A DNA stretch of 64,000 nt. It comes from Tricharina praecox. Taxonomy: Eukaryota. The position numbers were made by a program, and so were the translations under genes. Each line of letters starts with the position of its first letter. Position 1 is the first letter of the stretch. The notes under the pieces were generated by a model. It was not told the origin of the DNA. It ran no database searches and was given only the letters and a program-made list of their open reading frames with translations. This document shows, one piece after another, positions 50,401-63,822 of the stretch. The stretch lies in contig NW_026250431.1 in the NCBI RefSeq assembly GCF_024521635.1, positions 248,001-312,000 on the forward strand. The letters are read 5' to 3'.

Positions 50401-52070
50401 AGATGGCACACATGATAGCAAACCTGGATAAGGAAGATAAGGTCTCTGAGAACCGGTTGGAGAAAATACGATCAAAATCGGTTGGCCGGGTGCGGAACTC
50501 CAGTCGAGCCGTGGCCTCAGCCAGATTTGAATCTGCGCATGTTGTATCGACTTGGGGAGTGGTGGTTTGTCGTCACAATTCGGATTCCGGACGGTCCGAG
50601 AGTGTTTGGGGAGGGTATGGTCTACCCCACCTGGTTATTGACCTTTACTAGTTTTTCCCCTGTCTTTCTTGTCAGATGGCAATTATGGCTGCGTGTCCTG
50701 TGTTGGTGATGGGAGAGAAAAAGAGAATATTAATGTATTGTTTGCTGCCTATCCAGAAATTGATTATCACGTGATATTCAAGATCACCTGGCGATGCTTT
50801 TAGATGTCTCGTGGTGCTCTTCACACGATCTCACTCGATCTATTCCATTGTCGTTTCTGTTGAAATAATAGGGTATGTGTATTGTTGAAGTGTAAGGCTG
50901 TTGCCTAGTGAGAACAGAAGATAAGTGTATGGGAATAGAGGTCAACGCCCGTGCCTTCTACCATGACCAAACTAGACAGGTATTGCAACAGTTTCATTTT
51001 GTGAAAATGACTGGTTTAACAGCGGATGAAACCGTTGAAGATCTCGACCCATTATCCAGACACGTGCAACGTCAAAGAGAATACTCGTCCCAGGCGTCGT
51101 GGAGGTGGACGTTGTGAACGAGCTGCCAACTTCTTGCCTTCTCCCAAACCAAATGGCGTACGTCAGGAATGTGAAAGTCGTCGAATCGCGTAAACGGATG
51201 GTGGATGTGCGAGTGCCATTGTATGTGTATGTGGATGTGTGTATGAGTGGACGTGAAGACGGAGGCGTCCTGTGAAGTCGTGCCGGTGCTAGTTAAACCC
51301 CGGGAATCATCAAATCATCAAATCATGAAATGAAGCTCTCCATAACCGTGGCGTGCGGGATTGGCTTCCCCTGGAGTGGAGTGAATGGCGTCCTTCGTCG
51401 ATTCAGCTACATGCCAACAGCTAAGCTGGCGGGCCATCACTCTGTGGATCTGTAGAGATGCTGGGAGCAATCATGTCCCTTCAATCTGCCGGCCGACACC
51501 GCCGACCGGCCAAAACCCTCAGCGCTCACTCAGCGCTCAGCCTTGGCCTTGGTCTTGGTCTTTCTCAACTTTGCTTGAAATGTCATGCCTCACAAGTCAA
51601 GTACAGCAGACGCTCCCTGCCCCCCCCCCTCCCTGCCCCCCCTCCCCGCCTCCCGTTCCCCCCGCCCGCTGTCCGCCGCCGGTGGGAATGAAGCTGCAAG
51701 CAACAGCGAAGTAGCTGGTCTAGTAGCTGTTGATATGTACGCAGAGCTTATTACAAGCAATATCCACCAAGTAGAGCAAAGTAAAGTGCAGTCAACCAAG
51801 TAAAGTGCAGTAAAAAAAAACAACCGGAAAATGAAACCCAGGAAAGAAGGAACACATATTGTGCAGCCCCATCGTAATCGCAACCACAACCGCAAAAAAA
51901 CAGAAGGAAACGGGAAAAGAATTCGTCATGACATCACAGACAGACAGACAGACATATGCAAAAACAATACCGCAATCATCACGGCACAAGGGAAATGCAT
52001 GCATGAACAGATGAACTGTGGAGAAGCTCAAACCAGATCAAATCGATATGTATGTATGGTTAGTTGCAGG

Positions 52071-54750
52071 TTAGCCTTCGCGCTCGCACCACTTGAAGAA
52101 GTTACACTGCCATTCGTTCCTTACACCCGATTTCGCCGCGGACTCTCCGTCGGGGCCTATCGGTCTTGGGAATAGTTATTTTTAGTTAGGACATGCCGAG
52201 AGCTGCCGGGAGCTGCCGGGAGGGAGGGAGGGGGAGGATACACACCTGGAACACACCCAAAATGCCCTGCCGCCGTTGACACCCGGCTTGCCGGAGACGC
52301 GTTGGACGCACGGTTCACTATGAAAATCGCAGAGGGGCGGCGGTTTCTTTGTGAAGATCGCCTTCCACTGCTGCATGGATTCGACGGGATCGATGAGGTC
52401 GGCGGTAGCTGTAGCGGTGGCAGGTCGGTCGGGCGAACTGATTGGTGGGGCACTAGAACTAGAAGCCTGCGGTCCATCAGAGATGGCTAGCATGTTGCGC
52501 GCGGTGTGGGTGTATCCAACATAGGAACCAGAGTTTGGGTCTGGAGTATATACGTCATAAGAATTCGACGTTGCGGTTGCGGTTGCGGTTGCGGTTGCGG
52601 CTGGCGCATATTCGCGTGGATCGGGTTGCGTAGTGCTCGCGTTTGAGTGCTCGGGCGGTGGATTGTATGGCTGTTTGACAGGCCGATGCTCGTTCGGCTC
52701 GTTCGGCTGCGGTGCTGGCGCGATTGGACTGTACCGTGTGGATGGTGTGTACTGGATCGGAGACGCATCCTGTTGACCCAGACAAACACCGGAACCTGCG
52801 CCGAGCGCACTCGCCACGGGCTGCATAAAGCTGCGGATGCCTGGTTGAGGCTTGCCCCCCCCCCTAGTAGACTGAGCTTTCGACCTCGTATTCTTCGTTG
52901 CAGTTTTCGACGCGGCCTTGGGCTTTGCGGTGTTGGATAAGTTGTCCGACCTCTTGGCACGTTTCGCTGGCGGCGCCGTCGGAGTCGGTTCCTCGTCCGG
53001 AGGGTTGATCAGGTTCTTGATGGACGTCGGGCGGTTGTCCTCGATATCACTAGCAGGCCTCTTGGCTGTAGATGCCATCCTGGCGAACATCCCCTTGATG
53101 TTCTGACGCTGGCTGTATTCAGGGAACCTCTTCATGCACAGGCGTGGGAGGGGAGGGGCTGTGAATGATGGCTGTAGCACACCGTCACGGAACTTTCCTT
53201 CGGGACTGGACAAATCGATGATGCTCCTCCGGGTGCCTTCGACATCGACGGTCGGGTTTATGACGCCGAAAACCGGGCAGTGGTCAGAACCCTGTCGAGA
53301 AGCACCAATGATTAGGATCGAACGTCAACAGCCATAAGATGGAAACCACCCACCATCAATCCTTCCTGGATGTTGACCTCGCCGAACCAATTCGACATAT
53401 TGGGGGAGCACAGAATGTAGTCAATCCGCGAGCCTTTGATGCCGTTGAGTTAGTAACCAGTATTTTCCGAGGAGCGAAAAGATTGGGATGGTTACCTGCA
53501 TTTCCCGGTCTCTTATTTTTCTTTACATCCCAACCTGTGGAGTGTCAACTATCATTAGCACCTACCGTGACAATTTCCCGCAGGTAATGAGGGAGGGGTG
53601 ACAGGATAACATACATGTGAACATGCCGGTCCTGTCCGGATATCGCTCACGGCAGAGATCATACACCACACCGCTAGGATGGGGCAGTAACAAGCGATCC
53701 AGCGAGGCTCTCGTAAGGGTATCCTTCCAATCTGTCATTCCCGCCTCCTTCATGGTCTCATTTGAATCGCACGCATCGATTTCCTCGCGAGCGATATTGA
53801 GGTCCCCGACGACCACCACCCGCCTCTTGAGATCATTGACGAGTTTGCGCACCCTGGTACACAGCGCCTCGACGAAACAAGCTCTAAAGTGATCTCTGGA
53901 GGGATCTGTAGCGGCAGGACAGTACGCGCCGATCAACACGAACGCGCCGAAATCCAGCACGAGGGCGCGGCCCTCGCTGTCGAGTTTCACCGCCTCTTCC
54001 TTCGACAGGTCGGGATATCCGCCGATGCACTCGTCGGGTTCCAGTAGTCTGTAGCTTTTGCCGGGTTGCGACAGCGATTGCAGGGCGCCCGTGATTCCTT
54101 CCTCGGCTTTGATGGGCGTGCATTTCGAATTCCGCGTGTACACTGCGACTCCACTGTAGCCTTTCAGTAACGAGCCGTCACGTCAGCCTTGTCCCTGCCT
54201 GCGCAGCAGCATGCGACCGTGCGATTACCTTTTTTCTGCTTCGGGAATGTAAAGTACGAGTCGAAGCCCGGCACCAGCACCATGTCATCGGTCAGATCCT
54301 TCGGCTGGATCTTGGTCTCCTGGAAGCAGACGATGTCGGCGTCCAGCGTATCGAACATGTGCCGGAAGCTCTTATTCTGACTCCATGGATGGTAACCGAA
54401 GGGGTTCCTCGAAGGCAGGATCAGCAATCGACATCGGACATCGGACGGAGCGGGCGCGCGCGCGCGTGTAGAGGAGTTGGGTTACCTGATGCCGTTCACT
54501 ATATAGGCAAAGCAGTCAGTAAGATTCGCGTAGGTGTATCACATGCGCTCGGGATGTGAGCCAGGTTAGGTAGGTGAGCAAGGGGGGGAGGAATCGGCAA
54601 TTCGACTGAGCATGGGCAAACACGCGACAGGGACTAACAGCAAGCCCGAGCAAGCCAGCCGAGCAACTAAGCTCGCGCCGCGGCAAGGGGCCGTGACAAG
54701 TGGGATGACCGATCGGACTCACCATTCCAGGTCGTGATCCTCAGCGCCAT
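52071..54750 (-). CDS. APN2: AP endonuclease/DNA lyase Apn2 (ExoIII family with C-terminal GRF zinc finger)
   Basis: MALRITTWN-VNGIR, ADIVCFQETK, GYSGVAVYTR, VVGDLN, SRIDYIL, GSDHCPV, PIP-like QPGIRSFM, C..H.EPC...GRAFWVC...WQCNFFKW. Confidence 0.95.
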
Positions 54751-55299
54751 TGCTTGAGCGTGCGTGCGGTGCGTTGAGCGGTGGACTGGGGGGTGGGTTG
54801 TGGGGGTTGTGGGGGTTGTGGGGTTGCGGGGAGCGCAGGGAGGTTCGGTCTGCACGGGCGGTGGGCGAAAGGCCGAGGAGATTTTAGAGGGATCGTTCAG
54901 AGATGGTGTGAGAGTTGCTGTGATGTGTAGCGGGTTGGGTGGTTTTGAGCGATTGGGTGAACGACCATGGGCTGGCTGGCGGACGCCAAGATCTCGTGAC
55001 TTGGCTTTGCACGTGATCGTGACGCCTGCCACGTGTGTGGGGCATTGAACGATCGTTGACGGTCCGTGATTCTGCACTTTTGAATTCCCAATCGTGGAGA
55101 GCGCATCGACAACCCACAACTCAACCGCACGCGGGCCCCACCCCCTCCCTCCCCCCTGATCGCTGTGTTTCAGCTCCCCACACCTCAATCCCTAGCTGCT
55201 GCACTGCCCACGGCCCCACGCGCACGCGTTTAGCACCTACTATACGCGCCAAGCACGCCGTCTCGAAGCTACCCACCAAACCTGCAGACTAGAGACACA

Positions 55300-56332
55300 A
55301 TGGCCCAGCCCGGAATGAAGACACTTCTGGACCAGCTGTGTGGTAAGCTAACAATCCGTGACGATCTTCTGTCTCCTGTTGAAACTGACATTCTCCGCCT
55401 TCACCCCGGGCTTTCCAGACAACGAAATCGACCGTGAGCGTCGCATGGCCGCCTTGAGAGCGTGCGATGGGCTCCTGCAACTCATGATGCGCATGGTCAA
55501 GGACGGGGTCAAATACGGCACGCAGGACGCGGACTTGAAGGCGCAGCTGCGTTCCATCAACCACTGCCTGAAGAGCATCCGGCCGCCCGTCAACCCCGCG
55601 CATCCGATCGACCTGCGTGTTCTCGCGACGATGGACCGTCTGGTGGATCAATGCCTGATGCTGTTGAGGATTAACGGCATCCACGGCGACGAGTTGATCG
55701 AATGGCAGCTCGAGTCGGCTGCGCTGCCGAAAGAAACGCGGTTCGCGGTAAAGAACTTGCATGGATTACTCATGTTCGCGCTCCACGTCAACGAGGTCTA
55801 CCCGCTCAGGCACTACGTCACGAAGAACGCGGTTGAAACCGCGATTAAACGTGCGGTCGAGATCAGAACTCCGGAAGCGAAGATTGTGGCCAAACAGATG
55901 GCAAGCGTTCTGGTGGTGCTCAAGGCGATGTGGCTGGAAATTAACAGGCCAAGATCGCTTGTGAAGGTATCGCGTTTCACCTCCCTTCCCGAGAGCCCGG
56001 TTCTGGAGGATCTTAAGAATTGGTACAACAAGCTGTATCCTCCTCTGCCGCCGAAAACACCACCACCACCAAAGCCAACGCCGACTCCCGGTCGGACGTG
56101 GGAAGCCGCTCCAGACACCACCGAAGATACCGAAGGGTTTGTGCCGTTCATGAAGGTGATCCAGTGGTACTGTATGTTGATTCCTCGCCCTGTATCTCCC
56201 TTCCAGGTCACGGCTAACTCTTCCCGAGCTCTATCGCACAGCGTCATCGGCCAGAAGGACGCGCCCCCCCTCAATCCCCACGTGAAAGAGATCGTCGATA
56301 AGTACTTCCCGCCCAACAGCAAGTCATCGTAG
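55300..56332 (+). CDS. Hypothetical alpha-helical protein, divergent from APN2
   Basis: ATG 55300, GTAAGC...CTGAC...CAG intron joining a 324-codon ORF with coding-like bias; no recognised family. Confidence 0.65.
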
Positions 56333-58881
56333 TTACTTACCGGATCGCATACCGTTACGTTTGGTAATTGGAGACGATTAGATGTACTTACATTTAAGCT
56401 TGATGGACTGGTCTGAGTGCTCTAAGATTACCTACAAAGCTCATGGTTTGTCCTGTCAAGACTCACGGAGGACAGCTTGATTCGTTCCTGCCCTGCAGAA
56501 TTCGAACACCACAACCTAAAGAATACCATGACTTGTCTCTCGTTTGTAATCTGTCTGTTTCCCATGAGGAAGCTGTCTCAGCTGCGATGGCTGAGCACAT
56601 ATCATGCATGAAACGGAACAAATCACAATGGTCCAAGAGACAACAACGGTGCTATTGTGAGTGTGTCGAGTGAAACATACGCCTTTGCACCTCCGGGAAG
56701 AGGAAGAGGCTTGCACGGTACCGTAGACCATCCACCTGGCTAGCGCCCAGAAAGAAATCAAGGGTGTCCCCGCCGGAAAATCGACAGGGCTTCATGCCTA
56801 TCTCCCGCAAAACAAAATCCCCCCTCCGACGACGACAACGACGATTGTGATCGGCAAAATTTGCTAAGGACTCAGGAAACTGCATGCTCGGCTAATAGAC
56901 GAGGGCAATCGGCGTTACTATGTTCCCGAGCAGGGGGAGCAAGCGATGGATTCCCCGTAGACTACCGTGGTGGATACCAAAAAGCTTATATTTTCGAGAT
57001 TACCTACATAGGCGCGCCGGGGGGAGGTGGAAGGGGGAAGGGCCGGATGTTGAATCCGGTCCGGCCCAGAGCTTTGGGATCATGGCGGCTGCGTCTGTGG
57101 GGTAGAGAGGAAAGTGGCGTTGCACTTCATGCGCACTTTGCCGGTGGGACGGCGCGGCGCACTCGGTGATGAAGAAGAAGCAATTTCGGATCCACCACCA
57201 CCACCACCACCACCACCACCACCAAATACGTGTAGGGAAATGGTGGGTGCCCAGTACCTAGGTCGAGTTCAGCTGAGCGAAGTTTGTACTCTATGTACCA
57301 AGAAAGCATATGTACGGGATCCAGCCTCCCGAGTCCCAACCCAGGTGTCGCCAGGCAAACCAGTGACCAACGATCAACTCGAAAGTAAGTTTCCTACTAT
57401 ACTGTGGGACGCAGCGTAAACGACGCGTTTGCGCGTCCGTTTCGACCAGGAGCCGCGTAGAGTAACTATCTGGGTGAGACCGATGGTCAAGGAGTTGTGA
57501 ACAGACTGGGACTCGTTGAGACCAGCCCAGTCGGGGGTGTGACCGAGGGCGGAGAGGGTTGTTGACTTTCGAATTGAGAGCGGGTTCTGTCTGAGCTGGG
57601 AGGCTGGGAGCGGGAAGGAGAGATGCACGAGCGGGGAAATTTCGCCGACTTGGCTAGACCAGACTCGGTGGGCCAAACGTTCGGGGGGCTCATGTTTATT
57701 TTGTCGAGATTGTTTTGTTTTCTCATCATCTACATCTTCATCTCGGTATCTCCTCATCTCCCCATTCAACGTGCGGGATACTTGAGGTTCATCACCTGAA
57801 GAACACAGGTGGCCATTTTCTTTCATTGTCGTTTCTCTTTCTAGTCGGATACAATCGGCCTTCTACTTCTTTTAATCAAGGTTGTCTGAGGGTCATCTCA
57901 TCCCCAGTGCTTCATGCAATTGCCTACTCCAGCAGAATGGAGGCTTAATACTGATCCCTTAAATAACTCTACGCATGTGAGCACCTGGGTGGCCCCGTTA
58001 TCTAAGCTTTTTCGCCTCTTGAAGTCTTTGCCTTTCCCCCTTCCCACTTCCCCCGTAGGTAGGTTGGATAGGTTTCCAGCGGATTGGTAGGAGTCGAGCT
58101 TGTTCCCTTCGATTACGCGTTCACGTTGATTGGCGATTGGAGCGTCGCCATCCATCGAAGTCTAGATATGAGCAGGACTCCCGGAACCGCCGCTACGGTG
58201 CTTGGGTGCGAAGACGCGGAATGCGATGACACAATCGATCCAGAAATCGTGAGGTTTCAAGGTTCTGGACTTCATCCTGAGGAACTGCAGATGCAGGATT
58301 ATGGAGGGGATGTGGAGGAAGGGTACCATTGACTGACCAAATACCTGGGCAAGCAGGTGATGTCACTCGGACGCGTGCCCTCAGCCCCCACTGTCGGGAG
58401 TGGATAGGCCATGGTGCGACGTTCAAAGGAAGATCCGTCCGATGGAGCATTCCCCTCCGCCCCCACCATTGGTTCCGTGATGTACCTTCCTCTACCTGCC
58501 GGCCCGCTGAATCCCGTCAAGTACCTGGTGATTACGAACACGGTTTCGATTCACGATTCCTCACGAAACCTTCCGAGCACTGACTCCTCTTGTTACATCA
58601 TATGCCGTCTTGAAAACAACGTACCACTTTAGGTGCCCAGTCGGTCCCCAGCCGGACAGAGCACTGGCCTCCTTCATTGCGCTGTAAGTCAAATGGCGCG
58701 AGCAACAGAGAAAGGGAGAGGGAGATGGAGGGAGAGGGAGAGTGAAAGTCGGCAATGCCTTCCCTTCCCCTCTATTGCATCCACACTCATCCGCATACCT
58801 ACACCATGAATGCAACATTCCGAAACGACCGAGCTGGGTAGGTAGTGCAGTGTTTCCTTCGACGATATATTCATATCCTTT

Positions 58882-60663
58882 ATGATCCAACGGACCTCGC
58901 GAGCTCCACAGGATATGTTGCTCCACAGTCCGCACCACCGGACTTGTCCTTCACTCCCAGATTTCACGAATTTAGTAGAGCTTCCGGTTGTCGTCACACA
59001 GATAGGTACCGTTCCCCTCGAGGAGCGTCAAGGTCGGATATTTCCATCATCACTGGAACTGGCACCTGTTACTCCGCTGGAACTGGAGGAAGCGGAAAGA
59101 AGGGGGGCGGATGAAGGAGGGGGAGAAGGAGGAGAAGGAGTAGCTGGAAAGGTTTATCCCCAGACAGTCACCTCAACTCCTGCAGAGCGGCTAACGGTCA
59201 CGCTGATACTCCTTTCCCTACCAAACGAGCTATTCTTCCAGATCGCCAAAGCGCTCGATCCGCTGGACAGCATCAGCGCCTCGCTGGCGTTCCTCCTCGC
59301 GGGCGACTTCCAGCACGCAAGTCCATTCGTGCAGGCGGTATGCGGGTCTACGATCGAGCGTCGACAACAGCATGCGAGCACGCTGCTCACCGCCGCGATC
59401 CGTCTCGAACTCCCCGTGTCGATGTTCCGCTGCGTGCTCGACAGCTTTTATAGCCCCGGCGATTTGGTACCGCCATTGCCGCCTACATCGGTCCACTTTT
59501 TGGACACTCAGTTGGTGGGCGTGGATGACTGGCAGGAGTTCCCGCTATTGCCCCCGGGAAGCCTCCAGACCGTCACGGACAAGCGCAACAACAGTATCGT
59601 GTGGGGCTCCGGCGTGAAACCGTTTGAGAGCGGTGGTGAGGCCGACACGGATCTGGACGATTTCATCGAACTGGACATGATCAACGGCACGGAGATGGGG
59701 CCGTTGAATTTCGCTGCTGCTCGGGGGGACGCTTCCTACGTAAAGGCCATGCTGGAGTTCATGGGAGAGTTGCCGGCGGCTTGGTGGCTCGAGACGCGGC
59801 CCAGCCCACTTCACTGGGCGTCGTTCCACTTCCACCGCGACGTGATAGGGGTAGTTACGGATTGGATGTGGCGGGTGCACCGGCTGCGGGGACCATCTCC
59901 GAGCGGCGAGTGGTTCTCACCGAGCCGGCAGGCAGAACACAAATGGCATCTGCGGCCGGTGCACCAGCTGCTCGTCAAGGACGAGCCGGAAGGAGAGTGC
60001 TTCGTGTGGCGATCATGCTTCCCGAGGCGCTCCAGCCACCGCATCGCCTTCGTCTCCCCGCTGCAAACAGTAGTATCCATGCTGCACCGCGCGGACCGCC
60101 GGAAGCCGACCACACTCGACGATCTGCGCCGGGTGACGCGCATCCTCCTCGACCTGCGAAAGACTGTGCGGCTCCTGATCTCCCTACGGCAGATCATCGG
60201 GCGTCTCATCGGCCTTCGGAACTCGGGCGCATTCGACAGCCTTCTGCCGCCGACGCGGCGGACGGCGACGGCGGTGCGCCTCCTGGACCCGAGGACACTG
60301 TTCATGGCGTCGCGGTGGGAAGAGGTGGCGCACCACATCCGCAAGCGCATTGCTGGCGACCTCCTGGTGTTCCCGCACCGCGGGCCCGTCAGTGTTGTGG
60401 CGTGGCATAGCCACTATGAGGACTATAATACCCTGCTCAACCTCGCTATCGATGCGGTTCAGCCGTGGGATGTTGTCAAGCTCTTGCTTGAGACACATTC
60501 CGAGGTGCAGATGCCCGGAGATGGATTGGTCGATCTTAGATTGCTCCTGGCAGAGGCGAATAGTAGATGCCCCACCCGTGAGGTGAGACGCACGCCGCAG
60601 GAGGCGCATCGGGCTGCGGAAATTATCCTTAACCTGGCCGACGGCGCGATGGGGGCGGAGTGA
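58882..60663 (+). CDS. Protein with F-box-like motif and degenerate ankyrin repeats
   Basis: 593-aa ORF; LLSLPNELFFQIAKAL; PLNFAAARGDASYVKAML, SPLHWAS, TLLNLAI...DVVKLLLE; true start uncertain. Confidence 0.65.
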   Translation: MIQRTSRAPQDMLLHSPHHRTCPSLPDFTNLVELPVVVTQIGTVPLEERQGRIFPSSLELAPVTPLELEEAERRGADEGGGEGGEGVAGKVYPQTVTSTPAERLTVTLILLSLPNELFFQIAKALDPLDSISASLAFLLAGDFQHASPFVQAVCGSTIERRQQHASTLLTAAIRLELPVSMFRCVLDSFYSPGDLVPPLPPTSVHFLDTQLVGVDDWQEFPLLPPGSLQTVTDKRNNSIVWGSGVKPFESGGEADTDLDDFIELDMINGTEMGPLNFAAARGDASYVKAMLEFMGELPAAWWLETRPSPLHWASFHFHRDVIGVVTDWMWRVHRLRGPSPSGEWFSPSRQAEHKWHLRPVHQLLVKDEPEGECFVWRSCFPRRSSHRIAFVSPLQTVVSMLHRADRRKPTTLDDLRRVTRILLDLRKTVRLLISLRQIIGRLIGLRNSGAFDSLLPPTRRTATAVRLLDPRTLFMASRWEEVAHHIRKRIAGDLLVFPHRGPVSVVAWHSHYEDYNTLLNLAIDAVQPWDVVKLLLETHSEVQMPGDGLVDLRLLLAEANSRCPTREVRRTPQEAHRAAEIILNLADGAMGAE

Positions 60664-62197
60664 TCGCGGCTGCGGCCCGCTGGGGGTGCTATCGTGAGGG
60701 GAGATGGGGTGGGCGATGATCATGAATTTTACAAGTAATTTACTGTTTGTTATTTGGTGACATTTTCCAGCTTTGATTTGATTTGCTTTGCGTTTCGTTG
60801 CTTTGTTTTGCGTTGCTTTGCTTTGCGTGCTTTGCTTTCCTACCGGCTAGCCATGTGTTGATATTTGAAGATGCTTTGTTTTGATAGATCTGTGTTTAAA
60901 TGGAGGACCTTCGGAGGGAGGTGCGTACGTACGGGGCCGGATCGTTAATGAAACTGAATGGAAACCGGGACTGGTATGACTTTGATATGGATTTACTGTA
61001 GAGTTGCTGTGGATTTTCTCTCGATTAACTGTGTATTTGCAGCGTCTTCTAGATTGCTGAGGCCTCACGTCGTTTCCCGTAGCTTCACGTGATCCAATGT
61101 AACTCGTGGTTTATCCCCCGTGGCTTTTTCCGACTGATGCCTCCCTGAGGCTTTCCCGGGGCTTCCTAGCTTCCCGGCGGCTTTCCGTAGCTTCACTGAT
61201 CGTCCCTGCAGCTTACAGTGGTATATGTTTTGTGGCTCAGTGGTTGGGCGTGAGTTAGTTGTGTACTGTGGGGCTCGGGGTGCCACACCCGATTTTGTCG
61301 CCTCAACTTTGGCTCGCTGAGATGTTCTCTGTTGCTGCTTTCATGTTCATCTGGTCGGTCAGTCTCTACGTACACACAACACACGAAACATGGACATTAT
61401 CACCACTCTCAGGCATTATTAGTTTAACATCGCGGAGATACTCTACTTTGAGGTTGTTCGGCCTGAAGACCACAGTCTGCTTTCTTTGCTTGTTGCTTTC
61501 TAGTCAATTCAATTGGTCACCCCGGTTGCCCGTACCCATCGCAGGTCTCTCAGTATGATACCTCCTGCCGCCGATTCAACTACCCGTAGCATCATGATTC
61601 ATCTCCGTTCTCCCTTGGAGTCTAGCCGTATGTGTGTAGCTAGTTGCGAGCAGAATGACAGTTGACAAGCTGTACGCTGCAGTCTGCACCCTGCAGAGAG
61701 GTTCTCGTCTCACCTGACACCAGATTGGAGTTATCCACTGCCAATTGTGCAGCAGTCGATGCGTACATACTCTACATGCTCTACGTGCATGTCTGTCTCG
61801 GTATTCCAGAGTCTCAGAGTTGCAACATCAGTGCAGCAATAGATGCGACGATGTGTGTGTGTCTCAGTATTCCAGAGACTCAGAGTTGCAACACAGGCGC
61901 AGTTGGCAGGTCGCGTGTCGTTGATACTGGTAGTTAACGCCATTCCCGCGCGCCAAACTCGCCTTCCTTTCGCGCAGACACTTCCGTGGGTGCCCCGGGC
62001 CCTCCGAAACCTACACCACAGTCGAGCCCAGTTGCGTTCCTCATTTTTACAAGTTCGAATTGTGATCCCATCCCGCAGAACACCCAACCGCTCACCCACT
62101 CACCAGCCCACCCCGAACCCACCCTCGCCGCCCAACTGCTTCCCTTCCTATCCTTTCAAGTCAATACACGCAGTCCAAATCGCAATCACTACTCACT

Positions 62198-62251
62198 AGA
62201 GTAACCCAGAGTAATCCAGAGTAATCCAGAGTAATCCAGAGTAATCCAGAG
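62198..62251. repeat. 10-bp tandem repeat (GAGTAATCCA) x5
   Basis: Directly visible. Confidence 0.9.
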
Positions 62252-63822
62252 GGATTACATACTCCACATACTCCAGAGCACATATGTATACCTGTGTGGG
62301 TATGATTTCTGCACTTTATGCATGTCCGGTCTTCGATCATGTTGGTCGTGTTGGATCCCATTGCGAGAACGAGGGAGGGGAGCGAGGGAGGGGGAGCTCG
62401 TGCTTGTGCCTGTGGGGCCCGCTGGGGCGGGGTGGGGTGCCCGGTGCCGTGGGTAGTGGGTACAAGGGAGGGACGGGCTACACTTCGAGTCTTCGACAGC
62501 CCATCCGGGTGTTGTCTGACTCAGCCCTCCCGTTCACTCGACCTTTCTTTCCTTCCTTCTTTGCTTTCCTTTCTTTGCTTTTCTTTCCTCGCGGGGTTAG
62601 GTTGGCGTTCTTGTTCTCCGCGACCGACCGACGGGAGCAGGTCAGACATCCAGGACTTCAGGGCCCAGACAGGCATGAATCCTGCGTTATGTAGAGTCGA
62701 GCACTGCGTCTTACGTGTCTTACATTCGATTTTGTGTGTCTTACATTCGAGCTTACTCGATTTGCGGTGATACCGTGTGTGATTCCCTGCGTGTGTGAGT
62801 GTGTGTACAGTGTGTGCACTGTCTGCATAAACCCGCAGTGATGGAGAATGATGATGAATGATAATGATGAATCATGATAGGTCTCAGCACGATCAACTTG
62901 GAGGGTGTAAAGGTGGAAAGGTGGAAAGGTGCATTTTGTTCGCTGTTCGCTGTTCGGGTGATCTTTCGCACTTCTTGCATTCAGTCCAACTCACCGCGCA
63001 GTACAGCCAGACAGACAGCTGACGAGCGAGACTAGACGAGACACATGAGATGATACGACATGAGATGAGATGGGATGTTTGGCCAATGTCCACGGCTTGG
63101 AGCAAGATGCGCAAAGGTCAAGTGCGTCTCAGCCGATTATTCGCCGGAGCACCTCATGCCGAGTGATGGCGCGGTGAAGATACCCACTTCGGAGGCAGAT
63201 GTTCAACATACCCTGCGCCCAGGTAGAGTACCTGGTTACTTGGTTACGTGAAAAGAGCGCGGCTACATGCCAACCATACCGGGTCCATGGGCTGTCTTCC
63301 TTGTATATACCAGGCAACCTGGGAAATCGACAGACATTGAAGGTGATCGGTTGAAGGGATCTTTCACAGGGTAATGGGTCCCTGGCAAGCCTGGGGTGCC
63401 TCATAGGCACATCACTGGCACGATTGATTGATTGCCCGTCAGATCCTAGAGTTGGCAGGTACACACGGAAGTCTCCGCTCTGGCGAGGAATGAGGTGCGG
63501 TGGTTCTTCACTGATCCGCTGCAGGGTGAGACCGTGAGACGGCCGGAGGTGCAAAGGCGGGTGCGACGTTGCGGCGAAGTGCGCATAGTACCAAGGCGCA
63601 GAGTAATCGAGCGAACAGAAGCTAGCAGGGCACATGCATGAGAGCTCAAAGGACGGGAGAAAAGCGGCGAGGTGGGACAGGAGGGAGGTCGGGGATGCCC
63701 CGCACCCCATCCTACCAAAGTCTCCTATGTAGAGCGGGTCGCCATTTTTCCACGGATATATACAGGAACAAGCAAGCAACAGCACATAGCAGCAGGCGCG
63801 GTACCGGCCAGTCAGCCGTCTC

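Noticed and set aside
16800..52000. Intact Starship or other giant transposon
   Set aside because: No tyrosine recombinase or transposase ORF recognised at either edge and no boundary repeats found
52570..52600. (GCGGTT)n hexamer run resembling a telomeric repeat
   Set aside because: Lies inside the APN2 coding region, encoding an Ala-Thr repeat, and is not TTAGGG
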